Origin: an uncultured virus (IMG/VR IMGVR_UViG_3300030098_002069)
Lineage: Duplodnaviria; Heunggongvirae; Uroviricota; Caudoviricetes
Length of the DNA stretch: 64,000 bases
Direction: 5' to 3' (one strand)
IMG/VR virus record: IMGVR_UViG_3300030098_002069
Location: 1 to 64,000 of that record
Made by a program: the position numbers and the translations under genes. Positions 51,087-61,876 of this stretch are shown here, piece after piece; within the stretch, counting starts at the first letter, position 1; every line of letters begins with the position of its first letter. The notes below the pieces were generated by a model. That model saw only the letters and a list, made by a program, of their open reading frames with translations. It was not told where the DNA came from and searched no databases.

Positions 51087-51842
51087 ATGGAATTACAAAA
51101 AGCAAACACAGTATACAAAACAAACGATTATGAAATGTTCAAAAAAATGAAACATAATCGCTATGTTAGGGATCAACATGTTCAAAAGTTAAAGAAAAGT
51201 ATGAAAGAAAGGTACTATCACATACCTTTAGTAGTAACTAAGGATTTTGAAATAGCTGATGGGCAGAATCGTTTTGAAGCTATAAAAAGCCTTGGTCTAC
51301 CTGTCTACTTTATAGTCTTAGAAAACATTACAGTAAAAGACGTAAAGAAGATGAATATGAATCAAGAAGGATGGTCTAGAAAAGAGTGGGCTGAAAGCTA
51401 TAAGTCTGAAGGACTTAACAACTATGTATATTACTTAAATATTCGTAAAGAATTTAAAGTAAGCCATACTGTAGCATTAGCACTACTAGCTAACCATACT
51501 GATGACATCATAATGCTTAGAGATTTATTTGTTCAAGGTTCAATGTTTGTAGAAGACTATGAACTTGCACGTAGAACAGCAATGAAATTAAGAGCATGTC
51601 GCAAAACCTTCAAGGGATGGAGAAAGGCTAACTTTATTTATCCTATGATATATCTCTTGAAGCAACCCTCTAAAGTATATGACCATGAGAGGTTCCTATC
51701 TAAGTTAAAGGTAGCTCCAACGCTACTAATAAATGAACTTAGTTTAACAAATAGGAAAACCGATATTATAAATGCAATTGAAAAGATTTATAATCATAGG
51801 GTCAGTACTGGAGCTAAGGTAAGACTACCAGTTGATTGGTAG
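51087..51842 (+). CDS. ParB/Srx N-terminal domain protein
   Basis: NR.V...HV.KLKKSM...PLVV...EIADGQNRFEA. Confidence 0.7.
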   Translation: MELQKANTVYKTNDYEMFKKMKHNRYVRDQHVQKLKKSMKERYYHIPLVVTKDFEIADGQNRFEAIKSLGLPVYFIVLENITVKDVKKMNMNQEGWSRKEWAESYKSEGLNNYVYYLNIRKEFKVSHTVALALLANHTDDIIMLRDLFVQGSMFVEDYELARRTAMKLRACRKTFKGWRKANFIYPMIYLLKQPSKVYDHERFLSKLKVAPTLLINELSLTNRKTDIINAIEKIYNHRVSTGAKVRLPVDW

Positions 51843-51850
51843 TATCTATA

Positions 51851-51890
51851 ATATAGGGGAGGTGCTATGCACTTCCCTTATATTTTTTTT
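51851..51890. terminator. terminator between convergent blocks
   Basis: GGGAGGTGC-tat-GCACTTCCC followed by T-run. Confidence 0.8.
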
Positions 51891-52788
51891 ACTGATCTCC
51901 GAAAAATATATCTCCTAAGTTTGGATCCCAATCTCCAAACCAATTACCTTGTTTATATATATTGTCAGGTAACCAACCTTCCCCTCTTTTAATCCAAGGT
52001 ACGTTGTTTTGCAACCATCCACGAACACCCCTAACAGCTTTACGACCAGCTTCTCCACCAGTTGGTTTTGATGGCATATTATCATACTTCATTGGAAAAT
52101 CGTGGTCTACTAATTGACCCCTCATACCTAGTGGCATATTTTCTAACCAAGGCTTACCAATGTTTCTTTCAAATTCAACATCTGTTGTCATTGGGTGATA
52201 AGGATGATCTTTATTGTAAATTTGTTTTAAAAATGTTTCAGCATCATCACCATATTTTTTATGAGCTTGTTTTTCAGTTGGATAAGCACCCGCTGGTAAC
52301 CAACCACGTGCTGCTTTATCAGCTTTATCATAAGAAGTTAATTCTGGAACCCTACCTTTATCACCTAATGTATGACCCATAACTTCATGCCAAAATTCAT
52401 GAGGTACAACATCTGAATCTCTACCAGCATATCTAGGATTAATTAATATTCTTGCTGTATCAGTAGGAGCTGTTCTTGGCGTATAATAACCACCAGTTGT
52501 TTTTGATAAATCACTTCCATGATAATGACCACCTCTTGTATTACCATAAGCATTATATGCATCATGATGCATGTTTGCATACATTTTTAATCTACCAGCA
52601 TCAAATTCTTTTCTAATATCTGTAACCTTACTATCTAATCCTAAGTCATCTAAATATTTTTGACCAGCATCTTCTGGTAAGGTATTTAAAAAAGCATCAA
52701 CCCAAAGAGGAGAAACTTCACTTTTTTTTAAGTATTCTGGATATGGATAATCTTTACCCTGTTTCATTTTATATGCACCATTAGCCAT
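51889..52788 (-). CDS. zincin-like metallopeptidase-motif protein, probably virion-associated
   Basis: GGYY...ILINP...VVPHEFWHE (HExxH); coupled to the giant gene. Confidence 0.6.
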   Translation of the reverse strand: MANGAYKMKQGKDYPYPEYLKKSEVSPLWVDAFLNTLPEDAGQKYLDDLGLDSKVTDIRKEFDAGRLKMYANMHHDAYNAYGNTRGGHYHGSDLSKTTGGYYTPRTAPTDTARILINPRYAGRDSDVVPHEFWHEVMGHTLGDKGRVPELTSYDKADKAARGWLPAGAYPTEKQAHKKYGDDAETFLKQIYNKDHPYHPMTTDVEFERNIGKPWLENMPLGMRGQLVDHDFPMKYDNMPSKPTGGEAGRKAVRGVRGWLQNNVPWIKRGEGWLPDNIYKQGNWFGDWDPNLGDIFFGDQ

Positions 52789-55700
52789 TATGATTCTCCT
52801 AACATTTCTTCTATTTGTTCTTGCTGCAAACCTCTACGTTCAGCTCTTCTAAGTCTACTTCTAGCTGCATTAACTGGAAGCCTAAGTGTTATTTCACCTA
52901 CACGCTCTGGACTTTCAACAAGTTGTTTAATTTGTCGTATACCTCTACCAAAAGGAAACATAGTATATGCTGTATAACTACTAAACTTTTCCCAATCACC
53001 AGTCAACAATTCCCATGCTGCATCTGGTATTCTAGCAATTGGTGGCTTTAACAAGTTTAAAGCCCCTAGTTTAGAGCCAAAGAAAGCCATGTCACGTTCT
53101 CTTTTGTCTCCATATAACGAATCTGCAATAGATTGTATTGTATCTAATGGAGGTGCTAGTGCAGTATCAAAAATACTAAACATAAATGCACTACCCATTG
53201 CAAACATAAACATATCTATTGTATATATATCCTTAAATCTTTCGTATTCAGGTGTACCTTTCCTGAAACCATATAACTTAGCTTGTCTGTAAAACTCTTT
53301 ACGTACTCTTATAGAGTTCCAAACAAAAAGCTTGAATCTTGATAAAACTTTACCCATAGCAGTACGCATAAAAGCAGGTCTTGCTGAGTTCTGATATAAA
53401 AATTGAGTATTCTCTATGCCACGCATAGCCATATCAAAAACAAAGTCATCTTTTATAGATAGTTCTCTACCTTCTACACCATATCTATTAATAGTTTGTA
53501 TAGCATGTGCGGTAAAAGCATTTAAACGATTGACTTTTTCTGAGTGCTGCATAAAAAATGAACCATATTTTATCATAAGGTCTTTTACACCATACCTATC
53601 AATTACCTCTAATACAGTTTCTTCACCCTTACCTCTACCACTTTTCATAGCTTTAGTAATATCACGCTGTATATCTTTGATATTTACACCAGCTTTCTTT
53701 AAACCAGATGTTAAATCTGTGTTTACCTCAAATTCATTCTGTATAAAGTTGTCTATAACACCACGTTCTTCAAGATACTGAAGTAATTCTTTTTTAGTCT
53801 TAGCATATTTGCCATTGTTTAATTTAATTACTGGCTTACCATCTGCATCAGATAACAGTCTTTTATATATCTGTTTATCACTAAATGATCTAAAAAAGTT
53901 ACGCACCCCTGCACTACCAGCAGTCATAGCGTTACCACTAAATATATTAGTAGCCCACGTGCCTGTATTCGCCAGTAAACTCATTAACTGATACTGAGCC
54001 TCCATTCTACCAAATTCGTGGATTTTACGGCTAAAATACTCGATTCTAGCCTCCTTATCAACAGGAGCGTTCTTTATAAAAGGTGGTTTCCATCCTTTTC
54101 TCTCATATAAGTACTCATATCCTCTCACCATACTCTCATCAGAAGTTAAATAGAACAGGTTTTTCCTGTCTCTAAGCTTTAAAGGGTCTATCCCTTCTGT
54201 CATTCTAGTATTAAAATAAGATTGATGTCCTAAAATACTTTGCATATAAAGTCTAATGTAATCAGCCCAAACTTCTGGGTAGCTTTTGTAAACACTACCA
54301 TGTAATTTTAATTTTTCAGCTTTACTTACTTTATAACTTTTACTCATACCATGTAACATGTTATCAATTTCATATTGACCTTTTATTGCAGTAGCATTCT
54401 TATAATAGCCTCTAATTATTTTATCCATATAATCAGTAAGTAAAACAGGTCGTTTATCGTAACCAACCATATTAAATGCTCTGTCACGTAGTGGTGCTGG
54501 CATAGAACCCTGTTCATCAACAGTAACTTCTAGATCTTTTTCTGTAATTTTAGAAAAGTCAGCTAATAAAATATCTTTTAAAGACAGGGAATCTCCCTGT
54601 TCCATAGCTTTATTCTCCATTTTATATTGCCATTTTTGTGCATTTTCAATTGCAACTTCTTCTTTTACACCATTAGCAACGTCTTCAGCTATTCTTCTTT
54701 CTGTTTCAGTCTGTATCCATTCTTTAATTTCTCTACGTGCACCTTTATTGTATCCAAAATTCATATGGGGCATGTATTCACTATATTCAAACTTGCCTAT
54801 ACTTTGATAATTCTTACGATTCTTTAAACGAAAATCTTTTAAATCTTTTATATTTTTTTTACCTTGAATTAGCTTTTCTAATTTGTATTCAAATTGATAA
54901 CGCTTAAATCCTTCTGTACCAATTAAATTAATAATTTCAGGAGACTCAAGATTCTTTTCTATAACATTTAATCTAAAATGTTTATGGTCAAACTGACCAT
55001 CCTTATTCCATCTCATGTATTTATTTAATACACCACCTGTTTTTTTATACCAGCCATCAAAATCAGAATCTAATTCCCATTTACCTTGATTATCTGATAC
55101 TTTATTTTGATACCTATCTTTAGTATAAATAAACTTATCTCCAACATGCTCAAAAAACTTAGTGACATGCTTGTCTAGTCCTTCTAGTTTTTTTAATTCC
55201 TTAACATCTGTAGGTCTATATCCCTCTTCTCTGTATCTAAATAGTTCTTTAAATAATCTATGTTGCTCTTTAGCACTAAAATTATTTAAGTAATTAGTAA
55301 CAGGATCTAAGAATTTTTGACTAAAGTTTTTATCTTTAGTAATATGCATTTCTGCTCTTTGCCAATATTTACCTATTGAACCAATAGGAGAAGTAAAATG
55401 ATAAACAGGTTGCCATTCTAACCCCTTACTAGTCTTAACTAAACCATGATAAGCATAGTATGGTTTAAACATACCCTTACTAGAAAGCTTTTCATCAACA
55501 AAACGTGGGTCTAGGTGCCAGTATTTGAGCTTAAACTTCAATCCATAGGGGTCTCTTATACCTTCTATGTATTTATTTATAGCCATAACATCATCAAATG
55601 TTATAGTATCTGCTGACCTAGGCACACCCCCACCAGATAAAATACTAGTAAAATATTTAAACCATTCATTAAAGTTTTCAGAAAGTACCCTATGGTCTTC

Positions 55701-58700
55701 CATGTTTTTTCTAAACTCTTTTACTCCTTTAACCATATGGTCATTTAATGCCAGTAGGTTTAAGGCATCAGAATCTATAACCTCATTAATTGTCTCAAGC
55801 ACAGGTTCATTCCTACGCTTTTCAACATCTAATTTAATCTTGACTCGATCTTCTGGTTTAGATTCTTTCATAGATGTTCTTCTAAAAGTAAGATTTATTC
55901 TAGGCTTTCTGCCCTCTGTAGCCTTTGGTACAGAATGCAGGAATTGCTCTTGAGTCTCCCCTTGCATTATTAATAAATCATTTTCTTTTAAATTAATTCT
56001 ATAGTCCCTACCACCTTTTTTAATACTGTGTAGATTAAATGGTACTTCAGCACCAAAACTAACAGATGCTATAATAGGATTAGTACCTAACTCAGGTTCA
56101 TTATCTGCATGTCTACCGATACTATCTTTTTCGTTCCTGTATTTATTGACAAGCACCGAATTGAATTTTACTCCAGTAATATCTTCTATCTGTCTTTTTA
56201 TTGCAAGTATCTCTGGTATCCAAGGCTTAGGAGGAATTGGTTCTTTACCAGAATATGAATAATCTGTACCCTTGTCTCCATAGTATGCAGTTAACCTAGG
56301 TTCTTTCCTACCACCTATTTCACCCTGTTCCCATTCAATAGCAGCATCAAGTTTCTTCATGTCTACATTTTTAATCTTATTAATAAGATGAAGAATCTTT
56401 TTATTCTCATATTCAACAATTTTCGATTCAGGGTTTCTTCTTTCAGATATTTTAATAGGATCAACTTTTAGTTGAATGTCTTTTGTTAAGGCTCTATCAT
56501 ACATCTCTTCCATCTTTTGATAGTACTCACGCTTTGCTTCAAAAGGTATATTGCTAGAACCATGAATTGTTTTATTGTGATTTACCTCAGGTAAGTCTGC
56601 TTTTACATTCTTTTGTCTATACCCTGTTATAGGACTAAGTAATAAAGCATGAAAATAATCTAACAATGGCTTAGGACTTATCCCATTTTTTACTGCAAGG
56701 TCACTAAGGTCTTTGTTAGCTCTTTCTATCTTAGCCTCAAGCTCTACTATTCTTCCATCAGCTTCTTCTTTGCTTTCAGGTCTATTACGCATGAAAGCTT
56801 TTATTTTATTCTGTCTCTCTACTACCTCTGGTATTAATTTAGAAGTTATATCACCTTTAATATTTTTATCAGCTAATTCTTTATGGATTCTAATAAAATG
56901 CTTATGTAGTAATTCTATTGTACCTAATTGTCCATAGGTCTTTCCTATGCTATCTAATACTCTATTAAAATTATTTACTGCTGCAAGATTACTTATGTAT
57001 CCTTGACTATTAATTAACATATTATCAATAAGGATTCCTAAATGCTTTTCAACAAATTGAGAAATTTCTTTTTCAGAATAGCTTTTTAATGCACCTGTTC
57101 TAGATATTTCTATAGGCAATCTTTCTTTTATTGTCTTATGCGATTCAATTATATCAGGAAATCTTAGGTTATTAAGATTTATTCCCATATCATACATCTT
57201 ATTAACTAAGCTGGGGATAACAGTTTTTAATGCTTTATCACCATGAATTTTACTTTTAACCCAATTAATAGTATGAGCCATGTCATGTAAACTCATAGAA
57301 TCTTTTACATATAAATCTGATATTCTATATACAGCATTTTCTTTAGAGTTTCTATCTCTAGTAACTCTATATCTAACATCGTTAATACTAGTATTAGCAG
57401 TTTCTCCAATTTCTAATCCAATAGAGTCTATAAAATCTAACGGAACAAAGAATTTGTTTTTTAAAGTCTTCTTACCAAACGTATCTGTTTTATAAATAAA
57501 GTCTTTTATTTTTTTTATACTTAAACTTTTAGGAGTAGAAAGAGGCTTTGCTACATTAATAGCATCTCTTATTGCAGCTAAATGAGACTTGTTTCCCCAT
57601 TCATTTATTTCTTTATATCCAAAATATCTATCACCATCTAGGTTAGAACCCATAACCTTTTCACCAGTAGTCTTACTATATACTTCTGTTTTAAAAGCAG
57701 AATCAAATAACATCCTTCTAAAATTAGGATAATCAATAACTGTTGGGTCATTACTTGCATCAGCAGATTTATTAACAATAAGTGTACCTAAGTCTCTAAA
57801 GTATTGATCCCTTGTTTGTCCATTAACAAGACCATCTTTTAAACTAACTGTGGCTTCATATTCTTTACCATTTACTCCTTTAAATGAAAAGGAATAATTA
57901 CCACCATTTAATTTGACATAATCAATCCAGTTCTGCATTACTATCTTTGCAGAAAGACCATAGCCTAAACCACCCTTGCCTTTATTTGAACCCTCTGCTA
58001 CTTTATGTCTATAAGCTGGGGAAAATAAAAAGCTTCTAAAATATATATCATTACCTTCTTTATAACCTTTATCTCCCTCTTGTAACTTATATCCCTTGTA
58101 TCTCTGTATTTCATTTTCTGAAATATTAGGATCAGTAAATTCTTTTTCTAACCTATCTCTATACTCACCCTTTAAATGTGCTCTTTCACTAGCAACATCT
58201 TTAAATTTTTTAGTTAACTTATTAGAGAATCCTTGGAATATCTTAATACTGTCTGAGTCTTTATCTGCTCCACCAAGATATACGTTGTCTTTGTGGTGGG
58301 TAAAGGATCCAGCACCTCTCTGCCCCGTAAAACCCCTAAAACGTAAGACACGTGTACCAGACATGCTGTCAGCAGGAGTACGAATAGCCAAGAGATTAAA
58401 TGTCGTATTCCACTTTGCCACGTCAGGTTTTGACATCCCCTTATTATGGGATTTGCGATACTGCACCCAAGCTTCGCCCAACGTGACTGGCTCGTTCCTA
58501 ATATCCAAATTAGTCTGTTTAACATCTATTCCTTTTTCAAATAATATATTTATTAAATCTTTTTCTGGTATATATCTATTATTAATAGGCATATTTCTAA
58601 AAGCCTCATCAAGATATACTTCTCCTTCACGGAGATTTCTTGTTTTTTTCTTAGGGTCTATATCTACATACATCATTTGGTCAGGTGTAAATGCCTTCAA

Positions 58701-61700
58701 CCAAGATTTACCACCATGTTCTATATATGGATTAGAGAACCTACGAACAAGATACTTTTTGTATGCATTATGCCAATTGTCTTTAAATAAAACATTACGA
58801 ACAAGATATGTATCACGCATAGCCTCTGATAATAATTTATTTGTAGCATGGAACTGTTTATAATCTGCATTTGCATCAAACTCAAAGTCCATATCAAAGA
58901 AACCTTCCTTATCTAGCTTGTTTAGTTTATCCATAAACAAACGAGTTATCTTTGGTTCCTTGTTTTTTAAAACATAATCACGAACAAACTCAAAAGGTAT
59001 TTCCATTACCCCAAGGTCATGCTCATTCATTAACTTTATAAAACCCTTTACATCTTTTCCCTCTGTCTTTTCAAAAGCCCTAACAAGCTCCCTACCCCTA
59101 GCTGAACCAGCTAATGATGGTTCTATTACTTCTTTAAAATATTCTTTTGCAAATTCAGGAGCTTGTATTTCATTTGACTGACCATATAACTGTATAGGTA
59201 TTTCCTCACCTTTAATAGCCTTTACTACATTTTCAAACGTACCTGTACTTAATTGTAAATTATCTATAGGAAATTCATATATCTTTAATGGGTCTCTATT
59301 AAATAATTCTATTTGAGGTTTTTTAGTACCCCCTGTAGTCTCATACCAACCTTTTTTATACCCTATATCACTTGTTTGATGTTCACCCCTTAGCTTTGCA
59401 GAACTATCAAAAACAAGAAAGTCTACATTATTGGCTTCCATAAACTTATCCCAAACCTCATTAGCACGCTGTCCATTTGATTTAGTAGCAAATGTTCCAA
59501 GATTAGTAGCACCAACTAATACTGGCTTGTAATGACCAGATTTAGGATCAAGTCCTATTGCATGTGCCCCCGCATCATAAAAAGCTTTTCTTATTATAAT
59601 ACCACCATCTGTATCACTAGATTCTTTTTCTTGATGTTTTGGTGCTGTGGTATTTATATCTTTTATAATTACTACACGCATTAATCCATCAGGATTTGTT
59701 TTCTTAAAACTTAAAGGTGACAATGGAGTCATTCTATTAGAAAGTAACTGCATACGCTTATTAAAATCAGCAACGCTTTTACCATATCCCTTACCTAGTA
59801 ATCTATGTAATTGATTTAAGTTAGGTGCATTAGGGTCTACTAATTTATTATTAGCAGCATGATGCATTACGTTAGAAATCCACTTACGCTCATGGTTACT
59901 ATTCTCACCAAAAACACTTTTCTCAACTCTCTCTGAATGCTCATAAGATTTACGTATTGCCAATAATTTTACATTATCTCCCTGTGATAAAGCTTCAAAT
60001 ATCATTTCTTTTGTAAGCTGTATATTGCCTAAGCTATCTGCATAGTTAGCAGTCATTAAGAAGTCTTTATCTTTAACACCACTATATATGTACTTGCCAG
60101 ATTCATTTAATGCGTTCTGTACTAGCTTTAATCTGGCTGGACTTAGTTCAAATTTTACATTAGAACCATCAATTCTATTTTTTAATATTTTAAATGGCTT
60201 ACCATTTTCATCAATTCCATGAGTAAGAAATCTAAATCCCTTACCATAACCAATATATTCTAATGGTAGCTTATGGTATCTTTCCCCTATAGATACAGCA
60301 CCTACTTGTTGATTATCTGCTGTTTCTACAGTAGCATATGTCTTACCATTACGCTTAGATAGTTTAATATAATGTACTTTTTGTAAGGGCTCGACATCAC
60401 TATGCCAATGTTGTCTTAGTTTTCTTTCATGTTTTTTAAATACTTTATCACCAAGAATGTTTTTCATTCTTTCTATAAAAACTTCTACTTGTGGATCTTG
60501 ACCCTTTTTACCTAAACTTGCACTACGTGCCCCTTCCACAGCATCAGTAAAAGACTTTATATTTGTAAAAATATCTTTTTCTATATCGTTATACATACGT
60601 TCAGATAATTGATTAACACGATTCCTCTTTAATACAACATCATCTGTAAAGTCAGATTGCTGACTATTATATAACGCTTCTGAATTACTTATAGCATCCT
60701 GTATTCTCTCTATTAATCTAGTATCTATAGTATCCCTTGCTTTCTTTCTGTAATAAGAATGAATATCTTGTTCTTTAAAACTTTTTTCAGTCTTATTATA
60801 GTAATCTACAGCACGGTCTCTCCATTTGTATTCAGGAAAATGATGCTCTAAATAACCTAATGCTGAACCAGTAGAGCCTTTTAAACCCTCTGAGTTCTTA
60901 AAAGAAGGCATAGGGTGTTCTTCTATTATATATTTTCTAGTTTTTTTACTTAAATATTTAAAGTCTCTAGCAAGTTCTGGGTCTACTATATCTCGTATAT
61001 CCCTAGAAAATCTTCCCTCTCCTTGCTTTTCTCCCAGCAGCCACTTACCAGCAGCAGCTTCATGTGCAGGTCTAGTATTATATCCAAAGAAACCACCTAG
61101 TAAATATTCATATATCTGCATTTCCGTAGGGTCACCACGTAATGTAGATGGGATTCCCATAAACATTGATGCAACACCAGCTCTAAGTCTTTTGTTAGCA
61201 GTATCTATTTGAGCAGGAGTACCCTTATATAGTTTACCTACTGATACAAAATTACCTATACCACCGAATGCACCACCTGCTATAGCACCACCAACAAATG
61301 CATCAGCCATTATATCCTTACCCTTCCATACAGAACTAACAGCACTAGCAACACCAAGACCTAATGCTTCTTCAGTAATAGCTCTTGTCTTTGCACCTTT
61401 ACGTAAAAAATCTAATGTTTCTAGTTTAGATTTATTTAAACTAACATCCATTAATTTTTTAGTACCCCTAGATGCAATCATTGGAACTGCCATAGCATCT
61501 AAAGTATCTATACCAGATTGTATGGCTTTATAGAATCCTGTATTGCCAAATGGTTTTCTAAGAAGAGACAATGGAGCTTTCATAATAGCTGGAGCAAACC
61601 CAGCAAGATGCCCCAATTGTCTAAAGATTGCTTCTCCAGTATTGCGTGGTTCTTTAGGGATGAGATCAAATGTAGTTAATCCCTCAATAAACCCAGCTTG

Positions 61701-61874
61701 AGCCTGTTGCAATCCTCTTCTTAAACTAAAATCAGATTGCATTCTTTTGAATCTTATCTGATTAATTTCAGCAAGGTATTCTAGTTCATCTAACTGATCG
61801 TCAGAGAACATATCAGGGTTAGCCCTGTATGTGTTGATTAGGCTTTTTACTTTATAGCCTTCGTAACTAGCCAA
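52788..61874 (-). CDS. giant internal virion protein: putative two-barrel RNA polymerase with inserted AlkB dioxygenase
   Basis: 3028 aa; DTDGGIII (about 59600), LAIRTPAD (about 58380), LGGADKDSD (58251-58277); AlkB HAD/H/RINLTFR at 55873-56340; Gly/Ala-rich N-terminus. Confidence 0.8.
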   Translation of the reverse strand: MASYEGYKVKSLINTYRANPDMFSDDQLDELEYLAEINQIRFKRMQSDFSLRRGLQQAQAGFIEGLTTFDLIPKEPRNTGEAIFRQLGHLAGFAPAIMKAPLSLLRKPFGNTGFYKAIQSGIDTLDAMAVPMIASRGTKKLMDVSLNKSKLETLDFLRKGAKTRAITEEALGLGVASAVSSVWKGKDIMADAFVGGAIAGGAFGGIGNFVSVGKLYKGTPAQIDTANKRLRAGVASMFMGIPSTLRGDPTEMQIYEYLLGGFFGYNTRPAHEAAAGKWLLGEKQGEGRFSRDIRDIVDPELARDFKYLSKKTRKYIIEEHPMPSFKNSEGLKGSTGSALGYLEHHFPEYKWRDRAVDYYNKTEKSFKEQDIHSYYRKKARDTIDTRLIERIQDAISNSEALYNSQQSDFTDDVVLKRNRVNQLSERMYNDIEKDIFTNIKSFTDAVEGARSASLGKKGQDPQVEVFIERMKNILGDKVFKKHERKLRQHWHSDVEPLQKVHYIKLSKRNGKTYATVETADNQQVGAVSIGERYHKLPLEYIGYGKGFRFLTHGIDENGKPFKILKNRIDGSNVKFELSPARLKLVQNALNESGKYIYSGVKDKDFLMTANYADSLGNIQLTKEMIFEALSQGDNVKLLAIRKSYEHSERVEKSVFGENSNHERKWISNVMHHAANNKLVDPNAPNLNQLHRLLGKGYGKSVADFNKRMQLLSNRMTPLSPLSFKKTNPDGLMRVVIIKDINTTAPKHQEKESSDTDGGIIIRKAFYDAGAHAIGLDPKSGHYKPVLVGATNLGTFATKSNGQRANEVWDKFMEANNVDFLVFDSSAKLRGEHQTSDIGYKKGWYETTGGTKKPQIELFNRDPLKIYEFPIDNLQLSTGTFENVVKAIKGEEIPIQLYGQSNEIQAPEFAKEYFKEVIEPSLAGSARGRELVRAFEKTEGKDVKGFIKLMNEHDLGVMEIPFEFVRDYVLKNKEPKITRLFMDKLNKLDKEGFFDMDFEFDANADYKQFHATNKLLSEAMRDTYLVRNVLFKDNWHNAYKKYLVRRFSNPYIEHGGKSWLKAFTPDQMMYVDIDPKKKTRNLREGEVYLDEAFRNMPINNRYIPEKDLINILFEKGIDVKQTNLDIRNEPVTLGEAWVQYRKSHNKGMSKPDVAKWNTTFNLLAIRTPADSMSGTRVLRFRGFTGQRGAGSFTHHKDNVYLGGADKDSDSIKIFQGFSNKLTKKFKDVASERAHLKGEYRDRLEKEFTDPNISENEIQRYKGYKLQEGDKGYKEGNDIYFRSFLFSPAYRHKVAEGSNKGKGGLGYGLSAKIVMQNWIDYVKLNGGNYSFSFKGVNGKEYEATVSLKDGLVNGQTRDQYFRDLGTLIVNKSADASNDPTVIDYPNFRRMLFDSAFKTEVYSKTTGEKVMGSNLDGDRYFGYKEINEWGNKSHLAAIRDAINVAKPLSTPKSLSIKKIKDFIYKTDTFGKKTLKNKFFVPLDFIDSIGLEIGETANTSINDVRYRVTRDRNSKENAVYRISDLYVKDSMSLHDMAHTINWVKSKIHGDKALKTVIPSLVNKMYDMGINLNNLRFPDIIESHKTIKERLPIEISRTGALKSYSEKEISQFVEKHLGILIDNMLINSQGYISNLAAVNNFNRVLDSIGKTYGQLGTIELLHKHFIRIHKELADKNIKGDITSKLIPEVVERQNKIKAFMRNRPESKEEADGRIVELEAKIERANKDLSDLAVKNGISPKPLLDYFHALLLSPITGYRQKNVKADLPEVNHNKTIHGSSNIPFEAKREYYQKMEEMYDRALTKDIQLKVDPIKISERRNPESKIVEYENKKILHLINKIKNVDMKKLDAAIEWEQGEIGGRKEPRLTAYYGDKGTDYSYSGKEPIPPKPWIPEILAIKRQIEDITGVKFNSVLVNKYRNEKDSIGRHADNEPELGTNPIIASVSFGAEVPFNLHSIKKGGRDYRINLKENDLLIMQGETQEQFLHSVPKATEGRKPRINLTFRRTSMKESKPEDRVKIKLDVEKRRNEPVLETINEVIDSDALNLLALNDHMVKGVKEFRKNMEDHRVLSENFNEWFKYFTSILSGGGVPRSADTITFDDVMAINKYIEGIRDPYGLKFKLKYWHLDPRFVDEKLSSKGMFKPYYAYHGLVKTSKGLEWQPVYHFTSPIGSIGKYWQRAEMHITKDKNFSQKFLDPVTNYLNNFSAKEQHRLFKELFRYREEGYRPTDVKELKKLEGLDKHVTKFFEHVGDKFIYTKDRYQNKVSDNQGKWELDSDFDGWYKKTGGVLNKYMRWNKDGQFDHKHFRLNVIEKNLESPEIINLIGTEGFKRYQFEYKLEKLIQGKKNIKDLKDFRLKNRKNYQSIGKFEYSEYMPHMNFGYNKGARREIKEWIQTETERRIAEDVANGVKEEVAIENAQKWQYKMENKAMEQGDSLSLKDILLADFSKITEKDLEVTVDEQGSMPAPLRDRAFNMVGYDKRPVLLTDYMDKIIRGYYKNATAIKGQYEIDNMLHGMSKSYKVSKAEKLKLHGSVYKSYPEVWADYIRLYMQSILGHQSYFNTRMTEGIDPLKLRDRKNLFYLTSDESMVRGYEYLYERKGWKPPFIKNAPVDKEARIEYFSRKIHEFGRMEAQYQLMSLLANTGTWATNIFSGNAMTAGSAGVRNFFRSFSDKQIYKRLLSDADGKPVIKLNNGKYAKTKKELLQYLEERGVIDNFIQNEFEVNTDLTSGLKKAGVNIKDIQRDITKAMKSGRGKGEETVLEVIDRYGVKDLMIKYGSFFMQHSEKVNRLNAFTAHAIQTINRYGVEGRELSIKDDFVFDMAMRGIENTQFLYQNSARPAFMRTAMGKVLSRFKLFVWNSIRVRKEFYRQAKLYGFRKGTPEYERFKDIYTIDMFMFAMGSAFMFSIFDTALAPPLDTIQSIADSLYGDKRERDMAFFGSKLGALNLLKPPIARIPDAAWELLTGDWEKFSSYTAYTMFPFGRGIRQIKQLVESPERVGEITLRLPVNAARSRLRRAERRGLQQEQIEEMLGES

Positions 61875-61876
61875 TT

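Noticed and set aside
55873..56340. Intein explaining the insertion in the giant protein
   Set aside because: No N-terminal Cys/Ser block or His-Asn C-terminal splice motif at the flanks
58096..58863. 255-aa + strand ORF opposite the polymerase active-site region
   Set aside because: Antisense shadow of the giant gene; no RBS or recognisable motifs. The same applies to the other antisense ORFs in the track
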